Part shown: positions 57,560-64,000 of the stretch, piece after piece
Position numbering within the stretch: position 1 is the first letter of the stretch
Layout: each line of letters begins with the position of its first letter
From: an uncultured virus (IMG/VR IMGVR_UViG_3300042465_006264)
Lineage: Duplodnaviria; Heunggongvirae; Uroviricota; Caudoviricetes
Strand: one strand, 5' to 3'
Virus record (IMG/VR): IMGVR_UViG_3300042465_006264
DNA length: 64,000 nucleotides
Translations under genes and position numbers: made by a program
Notes under the pieces: model-generated
Seen by the model: the letters and a program-made list of their open reading frames with translations, nothing else
Databases searched by the model: none
What the model was told of the DNA's origin: nothing

Positions 57560-57999
57560 CGCTTCCTTCTTGCAATTATAGCAGCAATTCCAAGCATTGC
57601 AAGAACTCCGGGTGCAGGAACATCAGGAGGCTCACAATCGCTTCCATTCAATTCGGTAGAAGCCTGCATACAAACGCTCTCAATGCGATCATGGGCAACA
57701 GGAATGAACATATCCTGATCCACGGTCTGAACGGTCATTACGAGCCTTCCACCGTTGAAGATCTTATGGACCCAAAATCCATCAAAAGATCCCATGAAGT
57801 ATTTATTTGCAGTTTCAGGATAATTTGAAACCGTATTATTTGAAATAGATTCCTTGATGGGCTCAGTGATCGTGAACTGAGTATCGAACACAAGTCTATC
57901 GGTGAAAGTGACTTCCTGATAAATTGCTCCCTGATACTCGGAGCGAGAGAAAGTCTGACCGTTTGAATTGTAGATTGTAGATGTAGGTACGATAGCCAT
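57550..57999 (-). CDS. Protein with PEP-CTERM-like (VPAPG) C-terminal sorting signal
   Basis: DVPAPGVLAMLGIAAIIARRKRGH: motif, TM, Arg cluster. Confidence 0.75.
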   Translation of the reverse strand: MAIVPTSTIYNSNGQTFSRSEYQGAIYQEVTFTDRLVFDTQFTITEPIKESISNNTVSNYPETANKYFMGSFDGFWVHKIFNGGRLVMTVQTVDQDMFIPVAHDRIESVCMQASTELNGSDCEPPDVPAPGVLAMLGIAAIIARRKRGH

Positions 58000-58000
58000 T

Positions 58001-58285
58001 TTATTTTCTATTCTTGTAAGCGAGTTTAATATCTTCGATAATTTTATCTGCAATTACTTGCCAACCATCCACAGCAGTCAAATCTTCGCATGCTTCAACA
58101 GTCACAGCAAAATTAATTTCAATGTAGTTGCTGAACATCTTTTCACGAACCCACCAAACATAAGGTGTGTTTCTAACTTTATGAATTTCTCCCTTGAGAT
58201 TGTAATACTCAACCTCATCAAGACATTTCATTTGTCTCTTGTATTTTGGTTCGGGAGCAGTGTAAAATTCTTCATCGTTGCACAT
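58001..58285 (-). CDS. Hypothetical protein
   Basis: Packed minus-strand ORF. Confidence 0.55.
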   Translation of the reverse strand: MCNDEEFYTAPEPKYKRQMKCLDEVEYYNLKGEIHKVRNTPYVWWVREKMFSNYIEINFAVTVEACEDLTAVDGWQVIADKIIEDIKLAYKNRK

Positions 58286-58608
58286 TAAATTTGTCCTTTA
58301 CGAAACAACTCATTATTTGAATCGGCTTCCATCTTTGCATGGTCATCATCACCGACAAAGAATTCCGCCTTGAAGCAATCCCAACCACGCCGATTCGCAA
58401 CTTGATTTGCCGTGCATGGTGGTGATGGTGAAGGACGATACGCTTCATCCCTGCACACCTCTCTCCTTGCCTCGTCGCGCTCACGCTCCAACTCACAGAT
58501 CCTTTCATAGCCGTGAGAAATTATATTGATAACTTCGGGACTGAGACACCAGTTCTTGGAAAGTAGACGCAGTTCGCTTGCAACATCTTCAGGCTTGATC
58601 TTCTTCAT
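58285..58608 (-). CDS. Hypothetical protein
   Basis: ERDEARREVC..ANRRGWDCFK. Confidence 0.6.
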   Translation of the reverse strand: MKKIKPEDVASELRLLSKNWCLSPEVINIISHGYERICELERERDEARREVCRDEAYRPSPSPPCTANQVANRRGWDCFKAEFFVGDDDHAKMEADSNNELFRKGQI

Positions 58609-59033
58609 GGCATAATATTTCTGTTGTAGGGGATGTATTCATCCTTTGCACACTCAGAGCAGAGAGTCTTCAGCCAGAAGCCACCCGTAGACACATGGAC
58701 AACTCCGCGCTTTGCACACACTTCACAGACATTGGCACTCTGCTCCTCTGCGTAGTTGATCCAATCCCACATGGTTTCATCGACTTCACCACTCACATAA
58801 AATCGAAGAGTACCAAACTTCTCCTTTATCTGATCTATGTGGAATGGAAACTCACAGTCAATAAACTTTTCAGGATTGAGAGTGAGATGATCTTCAAGTC
58901 TTGCAAGAAGAACATGAATAATCTTGTTCCAACCGGGCTGGATCTCAACTCCATACATACAGCACCCCCTGTGCTTGAAGCACAGAGGATACTGCTTCTC
59001 AAGATCTTCAAGGTTTAGGTGTTTATCTTCCAT
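58605..59033 (-). CDS. Conserved phage protein with C-terminal Zn ribbon
   Basis: GW..., QIKEKFGTLRFY, CEVC..WLKTLC. Confidence 0.75.
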   Translation of the reverse strand: MEDKHLNLEDLEKQYPLCFKHRGCCMYGVEIQPGWNKIIHVLLARLEDHLTLNPEKFIDCEFPFHIDQIKEKFGTLRFYVSGEVDETMWDWINYAEEQSANVCEVCAKRGVVHVSTGGFWLKTLCSECAKDEYIPYNRNIMP

Positions 59034-59227
59034 TACTTGCCTGCGGTGATCGTGATTTTGCCAGCCATCATTACGGCTGACACTACCATTACTATAGCAC
59101 CGGACATGACCAATGCAACCATTGCAATGTCAAATGCAGCACCAATAACACCCTTATAGGGAAAGACTTTGAGAGTCATGGGCTCGGGCTTCTTCGTAAT
59201 TTTCTTAGTAGCAATCTTCTTAGTCAT
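59033..59227 (-). CDS. Small membrane protein
   Basis: AAGGA RBS; basic N-terminus and long hydrophobic segment. Confidence 0.55.
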   Translation of the reverse strand: MTKKIATKKITKKPEPMTLKVFPYKGVIGAAFDIAMVALVMSGAIVMVVSAVMMAGKITITAGK

Positions 59228-59339
59228 AACGATTCCTTTTGTCAATAAAATGAATTACAATGTCAGATATTAACATCACAACCACCGGCAAAAAGGTAAA
59301 AAACGTAAACCACCAGATTTGAGGTGGATGATGATTCAT
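59220..59339 (-). CDS. Small single-TM protein (39 aa)
   Basis: Leaderless after TTGACA-N16-TATAGT (59346-59373). Confidence 0.55.
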   Translation of the reverse strand: MNHHPPQIWWFTFFTFLPVVVMLISDIVIHFIDKRNRYD

Positions 59340-59386
59340 GTCAACACTATAGCATGGGAAAGCACTATGTCAAGATAAATACTTTT

Positions 59387-60100
59387 ATGAAACGATTTAA
59401 ACAATTTTTGATTGAGAGGCTTGAGGAAGATGATTGGATTCCAGATACCCCAACAAAAACAGACACGACCACAAAAGTACCACTTCGTGGAAATTTTCCA
59501 GAAGGTGAAGAAGGTCAAAAAGAATATATTCAAGCGTTAAAAGATTCGGCTCCAAAATTAAAACAAGAGGCTGAAGAATTTTCAAGAAATGCAGAAACTT
59601 CTTCAAATATTTTATCAAATGTAGAAAGTGGTTTGCGAACTGCTGATCTAGTAACAGACGTTGCTCTTTCTGCTGCTAGCGTAACACCACCTGGAGCAAT
59701 TTTAAATGCTGCTGTAAAAGGTGTTAGAGCAGGAATTGATGCAAAGGAAGGTGATTATGGGAGTGCAGCAATTAATGCATTGGATGCTGTTACTCCGGGT
59801 GTTGGAAAAGTTATATCTGGTGCAGGAAAAGCAACGAAGTTAGCATCAAATGCAACTAGACTAGTTGTAGACCCAGTAAGTTCTGTTGGAAAAACAACAA
59901 TGGGTTTAATTGGAAAAGCAACAACAAAATCATCTCCGCTATTAGCACAAGCCACAGAAAAAGGACTTAAAAAAGTAGGCGAAGAAAGTATTGAGATGGG
60001 AATTGACTCATCATTAGAATATGGTCAAAAGGTTGCAGCACGACAACAAAGACAAACAGAAAATGAAAGATCTGCCGTAAGAAACACAACAAGACTATGA
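59387..60100 (+). CDS. CTS-tagged protein with pre-toxin-TG-like module
   Basis: MKRFKQFLIE; AGIDAKEGDYGSAAINALDAVTPGVGK. Confidence 0.7.
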   Translation: MKRFKQFLIERLEEDDWIPDTPTKTDTTTKVPLRGNFPEGEEGQKEYIQALKDSAPKLKQEAEEFSRNAETSSNILSNVESGLRTADLVTDVALSAASVTPPGAILNAAVKGVRAGIDAKEGDYGSAAINALDAVTPGVGKVISGAGKATKLASNATRLVVDPVSSVGKTTMGLIGKATTKSSPLLAQATEKGLKKVGEESIEMGIDSSLEYGQKVAARQQRQTENERSAVRNTTRL

Positions 60101-60134
60101 TAAAACATATTCTATTTACAGTAGAAAGACTAAA

Positions 60135-61646
60135 ATGAAAAGATTTAAGAATTTTTTAATAGAAAAAGAAGATTTGGGTCAAACAACACAATATGGGGGA
60201 AAAGCTCCATCTGGTGCATTACGTCGTAGAGTTGTTGATCCTGCTGTTGATTTTGCCAAAGAGGTTGGTAGTGCATTAAAAGATAATCCCGTAGAATTTG
60301 GTAAGCAATACGCACAATCACTTCTTACAGATCCAGAGACTTACCACTCAGGTTTGGCTGCAGCAGGAATGATTCCCGGTGTGGGTGAGATTGCCGATAT
60401 GGCTGATGCAGCCATATATGCTGGTCAAGGAGATACAGAAGGAACCAAGATGGCTCTCGCATCAATGGTTCCATTTACAGGAATGATTCCGGGTATGGCA
60501 AGATTAGGAAAATCTGCAAAAGCATTGAAAGAACCTTTGAATCGTGCAGAGCAAGCGGTCAAAGATGCAAAAGCAACATGGAGAGAAACAAAAGCGGCTG
60601 AACATGCAGATACAATGAATGATCCTTTTTTCTCTCAAAGATTTTTAAAATCAGATATTCCAGCAACAGACGATTATATAACACTTGCTAACAAATTTGG
60701 TTTTGAAATTCCAAGAGTAGATCAACCAACTGCTTCTTTGACTGGAATGGAAATACTTCAAGGTGTATATGGTAAAGATGCAAGAAAAAATATTGAACTT
60801 GCAAAAAGAGCACAAGAAAGAGCAACTAAACAAAGTACCCCTAGTTTTTTTGATCAAATGGGACTCAATTTGACACAGTTCCCCGAAATTAGACCACGGA
60901 GATCAACTAAAATTGAAATAGAAAATCCTTCAGAATTCCCATTGCCTGATTATTCCGATTCTGCATTGGCCAAGAAATTTAATGTTTATGTTGGAACACA
61001 TCGGCCCGAGGGCATAGAAGGGACAGTTTCACCAATTTCACCTTATGGATATGCAGAAGTTCATCTATCCAACCCAAATTCTTTATCATTCAATGTAACA
61101 AATCCAAAAAATTTAGATTTTGGTGAAACAATGACACACGAACTTACCCACGATTTGGGTTTTGCAAATCCAAAAACTGCATGGCCTGCGGTTCGTGCAT
61201 CATCTACTAGTGGTAACTATGCAGACGCATGGAATGCATTGGTAAAAGATAGAGTACCACGAAGATACACGGAAATATTAGATGATCCAAATTTTACTAG
61301 TAAATTGCAACCACACCCAAATAATGCACTGATCAGAGATTATTTTTCAAACACTGAACTGCCCGGACAAGTTGCTCAAGCAAAAGCATGGATGCAGGGC
61401 AAAGGTCTTCCAAATGTAAATGCAAATATGTCTCAAGAAGAAGCAACAAGAATAAGAGACATGGTGTTGGACAAATACGGAAAAGGAATGTTCCCTGAAT
61501 TCAAGGGTGGAGCCGGTGGAAGGGCAGTACCAGCAATAATTGATATAATTGGAAGTCCACAAGGAAAGAAATTATTTGAACTCATTGCCAAGAGAAACAC
61601 TGGTTCAGAAGTCAACAATAGAGTCAATCAGATTGGATATGCCTAA
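60135..61646 (+). CDS. CTS-tagged protein with pre-toxin-TG-like module and HExxH metalloprotease-like domain
   Basis: MKRFKNFLIE; AGMIPGVGEIADMADAAIYAGQGD..MALASMVPFTG; THELTH. Confidence 0.75.
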   Translation: MKRFKNFLIEKEDLGQTTQYGGKAPSGALRRRVVDPAVDFAKEVGSALKDNPVEFGKQYAQSLLTDPETYHSGLAAAGMIPGVGEIADMADAAIYAGQGDTEGTKMALASMVPFTGMIPGMARLGKSAKALKEPLNRAEQAVKDAKATWRETKAAEHADTMNDPFFSQRFLKSDIPATDDYITLANKFGFEIPRVDQPTASLTGMEILQGVYGKDARKNIELAKRAQERATKQSTPSFFDQMGLNLTQFPEIRPRRSTKIEIENPSEFPLPDYSDSALAKKFNVYVGTHRPEGIEGTVSPISPYGYAEVHLSNPNSLSFNVTNPKNLDFGETMTHELTHDLGFANPKTAWPAVRASSTSGNYADAWNALVKDRVPRRYTEILDDPNFTSKLQPHPNNALIRDYFSNTELPGQVAQAKAWMQGKGLPNVNANMSQEEATRIRDMVLDKYGKGMFPEFKGGAGGRAVPAIIDIIGSPQGKKLFELIAKRNTGSEVNNRVNQIGYA

Positions 61647-61647
61647 A

Positions 61648-61947
61648 ATGACAAAATTTATTCCATATATTTTTGCACTTTTGCTGATGTTACCCAAACA
61701 GGCACCAGCACAAATTTTAGTGATTCCTGTAGAAGATTTGTTGATGACGATTCCCGACTTCAACAATGCCCCAAATTATAATTTTTGGAATGGAATGAAC
61801 GGACAACAACCACCAATGGGTAACTCATCTCGACAGCCCAGACTCAATAATGAAGAAGAATTATTAAATTTGGCATGGGACATCTTTCCACAGGCTGAGA
61901 CAATAAAAATTTGGAATAAGAAATTAATAATTAAATTAAAAGATTAA
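61648..61947 (+). CDS. Exported small protein resembling a secretin N-domain
   Basis: Signal peptide ending APA; VEDLLMTIPDFNNAP...EELLNL...TIKIWNKKLII. Confidence 0.55.
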   Translation: MTKFIPYIFALLLMLPKQAPAQILVIPVEDLLMTIPDFNNAPNYNFWNGMNGQQPPMGNSSRQPRLNNEEELLNLAWDIFPQAETIKIWNKKLIIKLKD

Positions 61948-61948
61948 T

Positions 61949-62671
61949 ATGAAAAGATTTAAAAAATTTCTAATTGAAGCAGATACCACGGCACTCTCTC
62001 AAGGGCCAGAAGCTCAGAATGTACCGAGTGCACCATATGACCCTATAGAAGTTCCCGGACCACATTGGTATCAGACACCATCACCAAACCCTAACAACCC
62101 ACCACCAAATGAAAATGCACCTCCAGACCCAATTGATTGGGAGGATATAGATGACAGATTCAGAGATGCCGAAGATGACATAAGACAACTTCTCAGAACT
62201 TTAAGTGGTCTTTCTTGGGAACAAATTGTTAAATTTTTACAAAAACATTTTGGTGTAAACATACCAAATGATGCAGATTTATTTTTCTGGTTAAAAAACA
62301 GAATAGAAGAACAAATGCAGGATTGGTTTGAAAGAACATACCCAAATTCTACCAATGAACAATTCCTAACCTATCAAGAACTTCTTCAGCAATGGTTTCA
62401 AAGATTTCAATTTGATATTTTTGACGAATGGAGAGATCCAACCCAAAATCCTTCACCATACCCATATCCTCCCGGTGGACACCCACCAATAGATATTGGT
62501 AATGAAGAAACTTGGCCAATGCCTTGGACAACACCCGGTCAGCGTGGAACTCCATACCAATCCCCAGATGTACCAGTAGAGCCATATTATCCCAGAGGTC
62601 CAAATCGTTATTATCCAAGACCACCATCACCATACCCATATAATCCATATCCCGGAACTTATCAGGCATAA
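61949..62671 (+). CDS. CTS-tagged Pro/Tyr-rich protein
   Basis: MKRFKKFLIE; helical core flanked by PYP-rich tails. Confidence 0.7.
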   Translation: MKRFKKFLIEADTTALSQGPEAQNVPSAPYDPIEVPGPHWYQTPSPNPNNPPPNENAPPDPIDWEDIDDRFRDAEDDIRQLLRTLSGLSWEQIVKFLQKHFGVNIPNDADLFFWLKNRIEEQMQDWFERTYPNSTNEQFLTYQELLQQWFQRFQFDIFDEWRDPTQNPSPYPYPPGGHPPIDIGNEETWPMPWTTPGQRGTPYQSPDVPVEPYYPRGPNRYYPRPPSPYPYNPYPGTYQA

Positions 62672-62673
62672 AA

Positions 62674-62796
62674 ATGAAAAGATTCATACAATTTTTAGAA
62701 AATTATGATGTCTACCTTGATATGCCTATGGGGTTTAACAAAGAGGAAACCATAGAGTCAGAGGAAGAGGAAACTGAGGAAGAAGAGGAAGGGTAA
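62674..62796 (+). CDS. CTS-tagged acidic peptide (40 aa; not in ORF track)
   Basis: MKRFIQFLENYDVYLDMPMGFNKEETIESEEEETEEEEEG. Confidence 0.65.
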   Translation: MKRFIQFLENYDVYLDMPMGFNKEETIESEEEETEEEEEG

Positions 62797-63169
62797 AGAT
62801 TGGGGAAGTTTGATGTGTTATAGGTAAAAGATTTTAAAGATTTTTAAGATAAGTTAGAGTTAAAGACCCTCTCACACCCTCTCAAAGGCCCTTTAAATGC
62901 CATTACAGACGCTTTTAGACGCTTTATGGCCCGCAGCATGCCCAAATAGCCGACCTCCTATAAGCCATCCTAGGCTGTCAAGCAATTATTAATAAAATTA
63001 TTAAATATTTTGACAAATTTACAGCCTGTCCGCGACCCCCACGGTCTGCAAGGGGCCTCAGAGTGACAATTTAAGAAAATTTATAACAATTTTACATCTC
63101 GTCCATAATTTTTATCCTGTCCAGTAAATTATTCTTTATATCCCGTCCTAGGTCCTGTCCCAGCTGCAC

Positions 63170-63472
63170 TGGGCCCCATAACCCGGATAGTAGTTATTAT
63201 TATTATCTTTATGGGGCCTGTCCTGCTGAATCCTGTCCCATAACCAGCAGGTAGCCCAACACCAAGCCCGATAACATAGCCAAAGTTATCAGCACCTGCC
63301 AAACGGGCCCGATAACAGTATAGCACAAAGCCCGATAACTGCAAGAGTTATCGCACCACCGAACATCGATATTATGGGTCTCAGGACTACGTGTATTATG
63401 GGGCTCAGTGATCAACGTCCCATAACTATAGCACGCAGGTCCTATAAGTCAAGGATCCAGTGGCCAATAACT
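63170..63472. repeat. Dispersed CCC(G/C)ATAAC-like motif cluster in a non-coding region
   Basis: About a dozen full or partial copies in both orientations. Confidence 0.7.
63317..63452 (-). promoter_or_regulatory. Two tandem N16 promoters without a convincing downstream ORF
   Basis: TTGCAG-N16-TATACT (63317-63344) and TTGACT-N16-TATAGT (63425-63452), both with TGC before -10. Confidence 0.65.
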
Positions 63473-63594
63473 TGGACCAGGCTCCCAGGCACCAGAGCTC
63501 GGAGCTCTGAGTCATCCGGTCCAAGAATATTATTATTCTTTGCGGGATCCGTCCCGTCCAGCCCGTCCCAGGCCGTCCAGCTACTATCCAAGAA

Positions 63595-63691
63595 ATCCGG
63601 AAGGGAAAGGCACCCTTCCGGATAGTAGCCGGTGCCCCCCGCCAAAGACATAGGACCAGTCCAGGCTCTCTCCTTCCTGGCTGGTCCTATG
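63595..63691. terminator. Two strong hairpins downstream of the last ORF
   Basis: ATCCGGAAGGG/CCCTTCCGGAT and CATAGGACCAG/CTGGTCCTATG. Confidence 0.55.
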
Positions 63692-63709
63692 CAATTGACT
63701 AAGCTTTAG

Positions 63710-64000
63710 TTAGGCGGTAAGCCCTCCGAAGGCAGAGAGGGAGTAGAGTCCCTGATCCATCTTGCGGAGGGGCTGACCCGCGATGATGTCCACATACTTG
63801 GAGAGGAACACGCGGCTACCCCCACGCTGCCCCATCGTCTTGACAAAGGTGTTCTTCACCTTGACGAAGGAACCCTTCTCGGCAATCGCGTCCTCGTCCT
63901 TGACGATCTTGGGAGTCTTGATGAGGAAGAACGCATCAAATCCGGGGAAGGCATCGTCCACGACGAGGATGCAGCCGTCCTTATACTGCTCACGGGCCTT
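63710..64000 (-). CDS. Hypothetical protein, 5' partial, GC-rich codons
   Basis: Frame open to the window end (KAREQYKDGCILVVDDAFPG...). Confidence 0.65.
   Translation of the reverse strand, partial: KAREQYKDGCILVVDDAFPGFDAFFLIKTPKIVKDEDAIAEKGSFVKVKNTFVKTMGQRGGSRVFLSKYVDIIAGQPLRKMDQGLYSLSAFGGLTA

Noticed and set aside
63129..63651. Short ORFs in the terminal region
   Set aside because: Mutually overlapping, no coding signature; better explained as regulatory DNA

Overview
A 64-kb segment of a large T4-like (myovirus-type) bacteriophage genome, read in the standard genetic code. It holds the T4 replication core: gp45, gp44, gp62, regA, gp43, uvsX, gp41 and gp61, plus dUTPase, ThyX and a class II RNR. 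A ~12-kb block of collagen-like/beta-roll fibre genes headed by a GT2-TPR glycosyltransferase interrupts that core. Also present are gp14 neck protein, GroES, a TrmH/SpoU methyltransferase, a Dcm methylase and 7 tRNAs. Plus-strand islands behind T4-type late promoters (TAAATA) alternate with minus-strand small-gene islands behind TTGAC-N16-TAnnnT promoters, mostly leaderless. Most notable: (1) a circularly permuted, minimal tmRNA gene with a 6-nt intervening segment, intact pk1 and tag ATTKAAPMRMAA; (2) a family of late proteins starting with a T4 capsid-targeting-like leader (MKxFxxFLxE) or a second leader (MNYLTNYYKNLSE), fused to diverse cargo - a pre-toxin-TG-like module plus HExxH protease, a nucleotidyltransferase, nuclease-like domains and dockerin-like repeats - suggesting a capsid-delivered polymorphic effector arsenal; (3) two unannotated structured RNAs; (4) host-envelope-like modules (Phycisphaerae-type dockerin, VPAPG-type PEP-CTERM, secretin N-domain-like) pointing to a Planctomycetota host; (5) an FN3 domain split over two genes around a trypsin-like protease. 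All family assignments are by motif recognition; no searches were run.
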